A stretch of 63,054 nt of DNA, the filler included. It is 5 parts of 5 records of this genome, joined end to end, with 100 filler letters (N's around TTAATTAATTAA, not from the genome) between each part and the next. Parts side by side here need not be neighbours in the genome. Positions count along the whole stretch, not along the records: positions 1 to 12,927 come from SRR20825006_2575; 4 more parts are not named here. One strand, 5' to 3'. The notes under the pieces are model-generated. The model saw only the letters and a program-made list of their open reading frames with translations. It was not told the origin of the DNA and ran no database searches. The translations under genes were made by a program, and so were the position numbers. Positions within the stretch are counted from its first letter, which is position 1; every line of letters begins with the position of its first letter. This document shows positions 1 to 9,164 of this stretch, piece by piece.

Positions 1-478
1 CAACGCGCTGCTGCTGACCGCCGGAAAGCTGTCCCGGGAATTTTTTTGCGTGTTCCTGAAGTCCCACCATTTCCAGAAGCTCCTCGGCACGTTCATGCGC
101 TTCGCGCCGCGACAGACCGAGTACAACGCGCGGCGCTTCGGTGAGATTGCGCAAAACACTCATATGCGGGAACAGATTGAAGTGCTGGAACACCATGCCG
201 AACTGCGTTCGCATCTGGCGAAGGTGCCGCTCGCTGGCTGGCACGAGATCATCGCCACGCCGTTCATGCCAGAGCGGTTCACCGTCTACCCAGATGACGC
301 CGCTGCTGATATTGGTCAGGGTCATGAGAATGCGTAAAACGGTCGACTTGCCCGAACCTGAAGGGCCTATGATCGTTACCTTTTCACCGTTTTTAACGTG
401 AAAGTTCAGATCCTTGATGACATTGACGTCACCATAGTCTTTGCGGACATGGTCAAAAACAATCATGGGTTCATTCAT
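1..478 (-). CDS. ehuA: Ectoine/hydroxyectoine ABC transporter ATP-binding protein (3'-truncated at window edge)
   Basis: Not in ORF track because it runs off the window. Translates MNEPMIVFDHVRKDYG...GPSGSGKST...LSGGQQQRV; ATG overlaps the ehuD stop (ATGA). Confidence 0.85.
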   Translation of the reverse strand, partial: MNEPMIVFDHVRKDYGDVNVIKDLNFHVKNGEKVTIIGPSGSGKSTVLRILMTLTNISSGVIWVDGEPLWHERRGDDLVPASERHLRQMRTQFGMVFQHFNLFPHMSVLRNLTEAPRVVLGLSRREAHERAEELLEMVGLQEHAKKFPGQLSGGQQQRV

Positions 479-1170
479 CGAAGGGGGATCCCCTGTTTTG
501 GAAGCTTCTTGTCAATGAGCTGCACCAATGAAGAGGAAAGCAGCGTCAGGATGAGATAGAGGCCGCCGACCATGCTGAGCGGCACCATGTAATTGAATGT
601 CTGGTCACCGATAATTCTGGCGACATTCAGCATTTCAAGAACGGTAACGACCGACAGAACGGGCACATCCTTCATGATCGAAACCAGATAATTGCCCAGG
701 GCAGGAATGATGCGCGGCACTGCCTGAGGCAAAATAACATGTGAGAACGTTCTGCCAGCGGGCATGTCCAGTGCGACCGCGGCCTCTCGCTGACCTTCCG
801 GAACCGCAGACAGACCAGCCCGGTAAACCTCTGAGGTGTAGGCGCTGTATTGTAATCCGAGCGCCAGAGCCCCTGTTAAAAAAGCAGGCAGCAGGATTCC
901 GTATTCCGGCAGGACAAAATACAGGAAATAGAGCTGGATGAGCAGAGGTGTCCCACGAATGAACTCGGTGAGAATGGTTGCCGGCCAGCTGATCAGGCGA
1001 AAACGCACGCCCTTCAAGGCTGCAAGAGCCAGGCCGAGCACCATTGCGACGACAAAGCCGAGCAGCGATGCCTCGATGGTGACAACAAGGCCGCGCAGCA
1101 GCATCGGCAGGATGGAAAGGGCAAACTCCAGATTGCCATTCTGGGTGTCCCATTGATATCCGAAAAGCAT
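475..1170 (-). CDS. ehuD: Ectoine ABC transporter permease
   Basis: Polar amino acid ABC permease motifs (RGTPLLIQL, AYTSEVYRAG, EAA loop); position in ehu cluster. Confidence 0.85.
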   Translation of the reverse strand: MLFGYQWDTQNGNLEFALSILPMLLRGLVVTIEASLLGFVVAMVLGLALAALKGVRFRLISWPATILTEFIRGTPLLIQLYFLYFVLPEYGILLPAFLTGALALGLQYSAYTSEVYRAGLSAVPEGQREAAVALDMPAGRTFSHVILPQAVPRIIPALGNYLVSIMKDVPVLSVVTVLEMLNVARIIGDQTFNYMVPLSMVGGLYLILTLLSSSLVQLIDKKLPKQGIPLR

Positions 1171-1177
1171 GAGGCTC

Positions 1178-1849
1178 CTATCCTCTCGCCGTGCGCCAGC
1201 GACTTACGTACATTTCCAGCAGGCGCATCAGGCCCGAGATCACCATGGCCATGCCGAAATACATCAGCAGGATGATGGTGTAGATGGGGGTGCTGTCCTG
1301 ATAATAATTGCGCAGTTGTTCACCCTTGAAGGCAAGGTCCGACAGACTGATCAGCGATACCAGTGCGGTATCTTTGAGGTTCTGAACCGCCAGATTGGTG
1401 AAGCTCGGCATCATCTCGGGAATGGCCTGCGGCAGATAGATGCGCCACAGCGCCTGACGCGGGGTGAAATTGAGCGCGACCGCAGCCTCACTCTGATGCT
1501 GGCTGACGGCCTGAAGCGCGCCACGTACGACCTCGGCACCATAGGCGCCGATGTTTAGTGACAACGCAAGAATACCGGCTGTGACCGGTTCGATCCGAAG
1601 ATTGATTCCGATATTGTCACCCAGAACTGGCAGTGCGAAATAAAGCCAGAACAGCTGTACAAGAAGCGATGTGCCGCGAAACAACTCGATATAGCCTATG
1701 GAAATGGCCTTGATCAGCGGGTTTTCCGCGCGCTTGCCAATGCCGGATGCAAAAGAAAGCAAACCGCCAAGCAGTGTCGAGAAAAAAGTAAGCTGGATGG
1801 TAACCCAGGCGCCCTGGCTCAAGGGGCCAAGGTAATCGGTCCATGTCAT
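1178..1849 (-). CDS. ehuC: Ectoine ABC transporter permease
   Basis: FRGTSLLVQLFWLYFALP and GAYGAEVVRGA motifs. Start moved to ATG 1849 (MTWTDYL), downstream of the intercistronic hairpin. Confidence 0.85.
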   Translation of the reverse strand: MTWTDYLGPLSQGAWVTIQLTFFSTLLGGLLSFASGIGKRAENPLIKAISIGYIELFRGTSLLVQLFWLYFALPVLGDNIGINLRIEPVTAGILALSLNIGAYGAEVVRGALQAVSQHQSEAAVALNFTPRQALWRIYLPQAIPEMMPSFTNLAVQNLKDTALVSLISLSDLAFKGEQLRNYYQDSTPIYTIILLMYFGMAMVISGLMRLLEMYVSRWRTARG

Positions 1850-1887
1850 GGATGATCTTTTCCCTGCGTTTATGGAAGGGCAAAGCC

Positions 1888-1921
1888 AAGGGCCGGTCGA
1901 CGCCTGGTCAACCGGCCCCTT
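1888..1921 (-). promoter_or_regulatory. Intercistronic GC-rich stem-loop after ehuB (mRNA stabiliser or partial terminator)
   Basis: aagggccggtcgac-gcctg-gtcaaccggcccctt inverted repeat. Confidence 0.55.
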
Positions 1922-1952
1922 GATCACAGGCCGAATGGCCTGGTGAGCAGCT

Positions 1953-2813
1953 TTACATGGCGCAAAGTTCGCTGGTCGTTCTTGAGACCGCGCCTTTTAC
2001 ATCAGCGGGTGTGAAGCCATATTTTGTCAAAATCGCCTTCCACTCGTCGGTTTTCTTGAAAGCTTCCAGTTCGGTGTTGAAGGCGTCACGCAATTCGGTC
2101 GAATCGCTGTTGAAGTTGAAACCGCCCCAGGAGCGTACTTCTTTGCCATCAATGACCGGATCCTTGAAGTCCTGAACAATTGCGACTTTATCGCTCTTGG
2201 ATGCAAGCTCGCTGGCGGTCAGGCCGGTCGCGGCATAAGCATCGGCACGTCCGGTGGAAACCGTTGAGATGGCATCCGAGTTGGAAGCGATCGTAACGAT
2301 ATTACTGCCCGGCACGCCGATTTTCTGAAGCATCTGCTGCTGGTCGGCACCGGCCATAACCGCTACTTTCATGCCGTCCTGTTTGAAATCGGAAAAACCG
2401 GTGAGTCCATCCGGGTTGCCATCTTTGACAAGAAGTCCTTCACCGTAGGAAGTGTTCGGCTCGGAATAAATGACCTTCTGGCAGCGCTCCGGACGGATGG
2501 CCATTTCTGCCGCTGTCATATCGAAACGATTGGCCTGAAGACCAGGAATCAGTGACGAAAAGCTGGTTGCCACCCATTCGATCTCGTCGGGCGCTATCCC
2601 GAGGCGTTCAAGAACGGCTTTGGCAACATCGGGGCCAGCGCCCTTGGCTTCGCCGGAGGGATCAATGAATCCATAAGGAATTTCATTGGCGACGGCGACA
2701 CGCGCTTCACCGCGGTCTTTGATCTCCTGAAGGGTAACAGCGCTTGCTGATGATGCGCCCAGAACGGTCAGTACAGCCGTCACGGTCGCTGCCAGAGCAA
2801 TCTTCTGTTTCAT
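1953..2813 (-). CDS. ehuB: Ectoine/hydroxyectoine ABC transporter substrate-binding protein
   Basis: Signal peptide; ANEIPYG, LIPGLQANRFD and EPNTSYGEGLLV motifs typical of EhuB (SBP family 3). Confidence 0.85.
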   Translation of the reverse strand: MKQKIALAATVTAVLTVLGASSASAVTLQEIKDRGEARVAVANEIPYGFIDPSGEAKGAGPDVAKAVLERLGIAPDEIEWVATSFSSLIPGLQANRFDMTAAEMAIRPERCQKVIYSEPNTSYGEGLLVKDGNPDGLTGFSDFKQDGMKVAVMAGADQQQMLQKIGVPGSNIVTIASNSDAISTVSTGRADAYAATGLTASELASKSDKVAIVQDFKDPVIDGKEVRSWGGFNFNSDSTELRDAFNTELEAFKKTDEWKAILTKYGFTPADVKGAVSRTTSELCAM

Positions 2814-2858
2814 TTTAATATCCCTTTTGATTTTCAGTTTTCGTCGAACAGCACCGTG

Positions 2859-2952
2859 TTGTGTACAACAGATGCCGGACTATGCGTAAAACAACAGCTA
2901 TAAAGCTTTGAGCGAGGTTTTTGTTCCACGATCGAGCTGTCGTTGTGCACAA
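2859..2952. promoter_or_regulatory. Two TTGT-N2-ACAA palindromic operator-like boxes upstream of ehuB
   Basis: TTGTGTACAA at 2859-2868 and TTGTGCACAA at 2943-2952. Confidence 0.55.
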
Positions 2953-3438
2953 TATGGCGTTGATCGGGTCGATGGCAAGGGGGTGTTGGCGCGCTCGTGC
3001 CACCTTGATGCTTTTCGAAAGCATCTGGAAGTGCTGTGGAATAAGTATGACATATTATGCGCATTATGGCCGGGACAATGATGGTCGCAGTGCCAGGTAA
3101 TCTCCTGCCAGGCGTTTGCGGGCAACAGTTTATCGGGGCGGTACAGCAGGTAAGCCGTTCGCCTTGAGACGGTGAGCTTTGCTGCTGATGCGCGATCATC
3201 GAGCCACAGCCTGCCGGGATTTCAGTCAGTCGTCTGACTTTGCGGGGTCTGTGTCGAATGGCGTGTCAGCCCCCAAAAGCATGATTGCAATCAAGGGGAA
3301 ACAACAGCGTAATTTTCGCGAAAGTTTGAATTTAATTTTCTAAACGACCGTCGTCGACAGGAATGGTTTTCTTGGCTGGGTGCGTCATCTTTTCTAATCT
3401 TCGCCACAATTCCTATTTTTCTCAAATCGAGGTCACTC

Positions 3439-4443
3439 ATGAAAAAGACACTCTTCGCCGCCCTCGGCGCCGCCCTCGTTCTGACCGCGCCGACTGCTCG
3501 GGCTGAAGATCAGGTCGAAATTCTCAACGTCTCTTACGATATCGCGCGCGAGCTTTACGCGACGATCAATCCGGCATTTGCTGAATACTGGCAGGGCGAA
3601 ACCGGTCAGGAGGTCACGATCAAGCAATCTCATGCCGGTTCGTCGAAACAGGCCCGTGCGATCATGCAGGGATTGAAGGCCGATCTCGTTACCTTCAATC
3701 AGGTGCTTGATGTTCAGGTTCTGGCTGACAACGGCTTTGTGGCCGAAGACTGGCAGCAGGCATTGCCGAACAATGCATCTCCCTATTATTCGCTACCGGC
3801 CTTTCTGGTGCGTGAGGGCAATCCAAAAGGCATCAAGGATTGGGATGATCTGACACGCGAAGATGTTCAGATCGTCTTCCCGAACCCGAAAACATCCGGC
3901 AATGCGCGTTACACCTATCTGGCAGCTTATGCCTATGCGCTCGAAGCGTTCGGTGGTGATGATGCGAAAGCCCGCGAATTCGTCGGCAAGATTTTGAACA
4001 ATGTTGCGGTTTTCGACACCGGTGGACGTGGTGCCACAACCACTTTTGTCGAACGCGGTATCGGCGATGTTCTGATCACGTTTGAAGCTGAAGTGGAAAA
4101 TATTCGAGCCCAGTATGGCGAAGACGAATATTCCCGCGTTGTACCGTCTATGTCGCTTCTGGCTGAGTTTCCGGTTGCTGTTGTCGATAAGGTTGCCCAA
4201 AGCCGTGGTACGGAAGAAGTTTCCAAGGGATATCTGGAATTCCTCTACACGAAAGAGGGCCAGGAAATTATCGCATCCTTCAACAACCGGGTTCATAATC
4301 CGGAAGTGAAGGCTGAATATGCCGACAAGTTTCCTGACGTGAAGCTGGTGACTGTCGAAGATGTGTTTGGCGGCTGGGGAGAAGCCAACGAAACGCACTT
4401 TGCTGACGGCGGCGTTCTGGACCAGATCCAGGCGAACCGCTAA
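3439..4443 (+). CDS. cysP: Sulfate/thiosulfate ABC transporter substrate-binding protein
   Basis: LNVSYDIARELY, QSHAGSSKQAR, PNPKTSGNARY and DTGGRGATTTF motifs (Sbp/CysP family). Confidence 0.9.
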   Translation: MKKTLFAALGAALVLTAPTARAEDQVEILNVSYDIARELYATINPAFAEYWQGETGQEVTIKQSHAGSSKQARAIMQGLKADLVTFNQVLDVQVLADNGFVAEDWQQALPNNASPYYSLPAFLVREGNPKGIKDWDDLTREDVQIVFPNPKTSGNARYTYLAAYAYALEAFGGDDAKAREFVGKILNNVAVFDTGGRGATTTFVERGIGDVLITFEAEVENIRAQYGEDEYSRVVPSMSLLAEFPVAVVDKVAQSRGTEEVSKGYLEFLYTKEGQEIIASFNNRVHNPEVKAEYADKFPDVKLVTVEDVFGGWGEANETHFADGGVLDQIQANR

Positions 4444-4460
4444 TCCAGCTTTATTCTGTT

Positions 4461-4494
4461 TCAGGCCCGCGTCGGAAAATCGATGCGGGCTTGA
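4461..4494 (+). promoter_or_regulatory. Intercistronic stem-loop after sulfate SBP gene
   Basis: tcaggcccgcgtcgg-aaaa-tcgatgcgggcttga, 15-bp stem with G-U pairs. Confidence 0.55.
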
Positions 4495-4548
4495 TTGCTG
4501 TTCAACGCCGGAGGCAAAAAAGGCTCCGGCTCACCCTTCAGGGGCACC

Positions 4549-5412
4549 ATGTCGATTGCGCATTCCCAAGTCATAAGGCCGCGACCGGCTGCAAGACGAG
4601 TTCTGCCTGGCTTCGGACTGACGCTTGGCGTCACTGTTTTGTTCGTTTGCCTGATTATTCTGCTGCCGCTGAGCGCGCTCTTCTTCCAGCTCGGTCAGCT
4701 TGGCTTTGCCGATTACTGGCGGATCATCACATCCGACCGCACGTTGGCGGCCTTCCGGGTAACGATATCGGCAGCGTTTGTGGCAACGGCTTTCAATGCC
4801 TGCTTTGGCCTGCTGCTGGCCTGGGTGCTGGTGCGCTATCGTTTCCCCGGAAAGCGTCTGCTCGACGCGCTGATTGATTTACCGTTCGCACTGCCGACGG
4901 CTGTTGCCGGTATCGCGCTTGTAGCGCTTTATGATCAGAACGGCTGGATGGGGATGCTGCTTTCCGAACTGGGTCTCAAGGTTGCCTATACCTGGTGGGG
5001 TATTGTCATTGCGATGACGTTCACCTCGGTGCCGTTTGGTGTCAGAACCGTTCAGCCTGTGATGGAAAGCCTGAAGTCGGAACTGGAAGAGGCGGCGAAA
5101 ACACTGGGTGCAACGGACATTCAGGTCTTTCGGCATATCGTTTTTCCGCAGCTTTGGCCAAGTTTTGTCATGGGCTCGTCTCTCGCCTTTGCCCGCTCGC
5201 TGGGTGAGTTCGGCGCGGTGATCTTTATTGCCGGGAACATGCCCTACAAAACCGAAATTGCCTCGCTTCTGGTGATGATCCGGCTGGATGAATATGACTT
5301 TCCCGCCGCCAGCGCGATTGCCGGAACGCTGCTGGCGCTGGCGCTGGCCGTACTCATTCTTGCGAACATTGCCACCAGCCGTGCTGGCCGATATCTGAGA
5401 AGTGGAGGCTGA
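4549..5412 (+). CDS. cysT: Sulfate ABC transporter permease CysT/CysU
   Basis: RRVLPGFGLTLG, DLPFALPTAVAG, FARSLGEFGAVIFIAGN. Start set at ATG 4549. Confidence 0.9.
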   Translation: MSIAHSQVIRPRPAARRVLPGFGLTLGVTVLFVCLIILLPLSALFFQLGQLGFADYWRIITSDRTLAAFRVTISAAFVATAFNACFGLLLAWVLVRYRFPGKRLLDALIDLPFALPTAVAGIALVALYDQNGWMGMLLSELGLKVAYTWWGIVIAMTFTSVPFGVRTVQPVMESLKSELEEAAKTLGATDIQVFRHIVFPQLWPSFVMGSSLAFARSLGEFGAVIFIAGNMPYKTEIASLLVMIRLDEYDFPAASAIAGTLLALALAVLILANIATSRAGRYLRSGG

Positions 5413-5415
5413 CGG

Positions 5416-6264
5416 ATGGCTGCAAAAACACTTCACCCTGATGTGGCTGCCCTGATGCGTCGCCAACGTGCCAAACGTATTGCGCTGATCATTGTCGGGA
5501 TCCTCTTTGCCGCGCTTGTGATGGGGCTGCCAAGCCTTGCGATCTTTGTCCGTGCCTTTTCGGAAGGTCTTGGCGTTTACTTCTCGAACATTGCAGAGCC
5601 GGAGACGCTGCACGCGATCAGGCTGACCGTGCTGACGGCCCTGATTGCCCTGCCTGTCAATATCGTTTTTGGCATTTGTGCCGCCTGGGCTGTCACAAGG
5701 TTCAGGTTTCCCGGACGTCGTGCACTGATCACCATTATCGAACTGCCGTTTTCGATTTCACCGATTGTTGCTGGCCTTTGCTATCTTCTGGTCTATGGCT
5801 CGACCGGCCTGGTTGGCGGTTTTGCCGATCAGTACGGCATTCAGTTGATGTTCAATCTGACCGGTATTGTTCTGGTTTCGCTGTTCGTCACCTGCCCGTT
5901 TGTGGCGCGTGAATTGATCCCGCTGATGGAGGTGACCGGACGCGAACAGGAAGAGGCCGCCCTGACACTTGGGGCGACCGGCTGGCAGACGTTTCGCCAC
6001 GTCACACTGCCGAATATTCGGTGGGCGCTGCTTTATGGTGCGATCCTCGCCAATGCCCGTGTTATCGGCGAATTCGGCGCTGTCAGCGTGGTTTCCGGCA
6101 ATATCCGTGGTCAGACGATGACGCTGCCATTGCAGGTGGAACTTCTTTACAATGACTATAATGTTACCGGCGCCTTTGCCGCTGCAACGATTCTGACGGT
6201 GATTGCCGTCATCACGCTTGTGCTGCGCTCGGTCATCGAGGCGCGCCATCCGCAGGCACATTGA
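5416..6264 (+). CDS. cysW: Sulfate ABC transporter permease CysW
   Basis: LPFSISPIVAG, FVTCPFVAREL, TLPNIRWALLYG, GEFGAVSVVSG. Confidence 0.9.
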   Translation: MAAKTLHPDVAALMRRQRAKRIALIIVGILFAALVMGLPSLAIFVRAFSEGLGVYFSNIAEPETLHAIRLTVLTALIALPVNIVFGICAAWAVTRFRFPGRRALITIIELPFSISPIVAGLCYLLVYGSTGLVGGFADQYGIQLMFNLTGIVLVSLFVTCPFVARELIPLMEVTGREQEEAALTLGATGWQTFRHVTLPNIRWALLYGAILANARVIGEFGAVSVVSGNIRGQTMTLPLQVELLYNDYNVTGAFAAATILTVIAVITLVLRSVIEARHPQAH

Positions 6265-6291
6265 TTCATCCAGTTAACCGGGAGTCCTGTC

Positions 6292-7044
6292 ATGGGCTTG
6301 CAAGTCGAAAATATCTCGAAATCCTACGGCAGCAATCTCGTTCTTGATGGCGTCAGCCTCGATATTGCACCGGGTGAGTTTGTGGCGCTGCTCGGGCCAT
6401 CGGGTTCGGGCAAAACCACATTGCTGCGCGTGATCGCCGGGCTGCAATTTGCTGATTCCGGCAGGCTGTTGCTCGATGAGGATGATATTACCGGGCTGGA
6501 AGCCAGGCTGCGCCGCTTCGGAGTCGTGTTTCAAAGCTATGCGCTTTTCGAGCATATGCGTGTCGCCGACAATGTTGCTTTCGGCCTGAAAATGCGCCGC
6601 CGCAGCACACGCCCGTCACGGGCGGAAATCAAAAAGCGCGTGGGCGATCTTTTGGCTCTTGCCGAAATCGGGCATCTGGCGGATCGGTATCCATCGCAGC
6701 TTTCCGGCGGGCAGCGCCAGCGCGTCGCGCTCACCCGTGCGCTGGCGATTGAGCCGCGTCTGTTGTTGCTGGATGAGCCCTTCAGCGCCCTTGATACCAA
6801 AATTCGCAAAGGCCTGCGTTCGGCTCTGCGCGATCTTCAGCGCAAAGTTGGCATTTCAGCCATTCTGGTGACCCATGATCAGGAAGAGGCGTTTGAAATT
6901 GCGGACCGGATCGCGGTCATGTCGGATGGGCGGATTGAGCAGTTCGGAACAGCAGATCAGTTGATGCGCGAGCCGGCATCGCCCTTCGTTGCCGAGTTCC
7001 TCGAAGGTATGGCGAATTATGAAAATCAGGGAGCGGGGATCTGA
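6292..7044 (+). CDS. cysA: Sulfate ABC transporter ATP-binding protein (short form, 250 aa)
   Basis: GPSGSGKTT, LSGGQRQRVAL, LLLDEPF; operon context. Confidence 0.85.
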   Translation: MGLQVENISKSYGSNLVLDGVSLDIAPGEFVALLGPSGSGKTTLLRVIAGLQFADSGRLLLDEDDITGLEARLRRFGVVFQSYALFEHMRVADNVAFGLKMRRRSTRPSRAEIKKRVGDLLALAEIGHLADRYPSQLSGGQRQRVALTRALAIEPRLLLLDEPFSALDTKIRKGLRSALRDLQRKVGISAILVTHDQEEAFEIADRIAVMSDGRIEQFGTADQLMREPASPFVAEFLEGMANYENQGAGI

Positions 7045-7065
7045 TCAGCAGGCTACCGGCCCTTT

Positions 7066-7917
7066 TTATTTGCCCAGCTTCAAAGCGGTCACGGCGTTGC
7101 TGCTGTTGGTGATGTAGTCTCCGGCATCTTTCTGACGCTGCAAAAGCAGAATGAATATGAAATCGGTGAGCATCAGCTGCGCATCGCGGGTGGCGATCGC
7201 AGAAGAGCGAACCTGTTCTTCATCGGCAATTGTATAAAGATTGAGATCGGCAATCCGGGCAATCGGGTTTTGCTGCGGGCCGGTGACGGAGATCACGGTT
7301 GCGCCGCGCTCTTTCGCCAGTTCTGCAATGCGCACGGTTTCGATACTGGTGCCGGAATGCGACAGCGCGAACAGAATATCGCCGGGCTTCGCCGCCGAGA
7401 CATTGGCCATCTGCACATGACTGTCTGAATTGTGCAGCGCGTAACGGCCCAGCTTTTGCAGCTTGTAACAAAAATCACGCGCCACCAGAGAAGATGCACC
7501 GACACCACCGATGTAAATGCGCTGCGCAATGTCGACCAGCGCGATAACCTTTGCTGTTTCGCGTTCGTCATTGGCAGCAAGCGTTTGCTGCATGGCTTGA
7601 ACTTTCGCCGATAAAAGCTTTTGCGCAATGGTCGTGGTGTTGTCGCCCAGCTCGATGTTGGAGTGTAGGGCACCGGGCGGTCGCCACTGCTGCACCTGCG
7701 CTTTTGAAACCGCGAGCTTCATATCCTGATAGCCGTCGAAGCCAAGCTTCTGAGAAAATTTGACGACACTGGACTGGCTGCGCCCGGTCTTCTCCGCAAG
7801 GCTGGCGGAGGAAAGTCGCAGAACCTCTTCAGGATGAGCGAGGATAAACGTGCCGATCTGCCGGTCTGCCGGTGAAAGGGCGTCCAGCTGGGCTTCAATT
7901 ACCTTGAGTACAGACAC
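7066..7917 (-). CDS. MurR/RpiR-family transcriptional regulator (HTH + SIS)
   Basis: SQSSVVKFSQKLGFDGYQDMK HTH; GVGASSLVA and SHSGTS SIS motifs; GTG start at 7917 after AAAGGGA; divergent from murQ. Confidence 0.85.
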   Translation of the reverse strand: MSVLKVIEAQLDALSPADRQIGTFILAHPEEVLRLSSASLAEKTGRSQSSVVKFSQKLGFDGYQDMKLAVSKAQVQQWRPPGALHSNIELGDNTTTIAQKLLSAKVQAMQQTLAANDERETAKVIALVDIAQRIYIGGVGASSLVARDFCYKLQKLGRYALHNSDSHVQMANVSAAKPGDILFALSHSGTSIETVRIAELAKERGATVISVTGPQQNPIARIADLNLYTIADEEQVRSSAIATRDAQLMLTDFIFILLLQRQKDAGDYITNSSNAVTALKLGK

Positions 7918-7948
7918 GGAGTCCCTTTCTGTGCGGTGCTGCCGACAA

Positions 7949-8064
7949 GGAATAATAAATTCCAGTTGCCCGGAATACAACGGAATTTGGTCAGTTTCGC
8001 GAATTTGATGGCTGTGCCGTTGCCTCGCTCGGTCAGTTGCCTCACAAATGGAATAAATTATTCT
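7949..8064. promoter_or_regulatory. Paired GGAAT-N5-ATTC(C/T) operator-like palindromes between the regulator and murQ
   Basis: GGAATAATAAATTCC at 7949-7963 and GGAATAAATTATTCT at 8050-8064. Confidence 0.6.
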
Positions 8065-8170
8065 AAATCAGATTTGACATACGGAATTTATAATCATAGC
8101 CTTAAACATAATATTTGGCGAACGGTGATAAAAACAAAAAAAGACCGTACGATTTCAGGGGAATGTAAAG

Positions 8171-9097
8171 TTGAGTTTTTCGGTACCCGAGCTTGAAAAG
8201 CTGATCTCCGAGGGCCGCAATCCGCGTACGCTCAATCTCGACGTTTTAAGCACAGACGAAATTGTCCGTGCCATCAACGCAGAAGACGGTGAGGCGGCAA
8301 GAGCCGTGGCGCGTGAAGTGCCTTCCATTGCGCAAGCGGTCGATCGGATCGTGGCTGCTTTCGCCGATGGCGGGCGCCTGATTTATATCGGTGCGGGTAC
8401 GAGTGGACGGCTGGGTGTTCTGGATGCCTCCGAATGCCCGCCGACCTTCTCTGTCCCGCGCGGCATGGTGATCGGGTTGATTGCCGGTGGTCCGGAAGCG
8501 TTGACCAATTCTATTGAAGGTGCTGAAGACAGTCCGGAAGAAGGGGCCGCCGACCTGAAGGCCATTTCGCTCGACAGCAAGGATGTCGTCGTCGGCATCG
8601 CTGTCAGCGGACGCACGCCCTATGTTGTCGGCGCGCTGGATTATGCCAGAAAGACAGGTGCTGTAACCGTTGCGCTGTCCTGCAATCCTCAGTCCGAGAT
8701 TGCAGCCATTGCCGATATCTCGATTGCCCCTGTTGTCGGTCCCGAAGTGTTGACCGGCTCCACCCGCATGAAATCCGGCACGGCGCAGAAAATGGTTCTC
8801 AATATGCTGAGCACGGCCAGCATGGTGCGTATCGGCAAGGTTTATGAAAACCTGATGGTCGATGTGAGTGTCAGCAATGCCAAGCTTCGTGTCCGTGCGG
8901 TGCGTATTATTTCAGAGGCGGCAGGGGTGGATGCCGCAGCAGCTGAAAAACTGTTGAGTGAGACAGGAAACAACGTCAAACTTTCGATCCTGATGGCGCT
9001 GACCGGCCTTGATGTTGAAGAAGGCCGCAAGTTGCTTGATGCGAACAAGGGTGTCCTGCGGGATGCGATCAATCACAAGACGGCGAAAAGCCGCTGA
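8171..9097 (+). CDS. murQ: N-acetylmuramic acid 6-phosphate etherase
   Basis: [57 protein letters not shown]. Confidence 0.95.
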   Translation: MSFSVPELEKLISEGRNPRTLNLDVLSTDEIVRAINAEDGEAARAVAREVPSIAQAVDRIVAAFADGGRLIYIGAGTSGRLGVLDASECPPTFSVPRGMVIGLIAGGPEALTNSIEGAEDSPEEGAADLKAISLDSKDVVVGIAVSGRTPYVVGALDYARKTGAVTVALSCNPQSEIAAIADISIAPVVGPEVLTGSTRMKSGTAQKMVLNMLSTASMVRIGKVYENLMVDVSVSNAKLRVRAVRIISEAAGVDAAAAEKLLSETGNNVKLSILMALTGLDVEEGRKLLDANKGVLRDAINHKTAKSR

Positions 9098-9164
9098 ACC
9101 AAAACGCCCGGAAGCCGACAGAATGGCGGACCGGAAACACTCAATTCTTCCGAGGGAAAAGATA

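Noticed and set aside
2985-3100. Sigma54 promoters upstream of ehuB (TGGCAC on the minus strand)
   Set aside because: No GC at the required -12 spacing.
2815-3199. Short ORFs in the ehuB-sbp intergenic region
   Set aside because: Overlapping, no motifs or clear RBS; the region looks regulatory.
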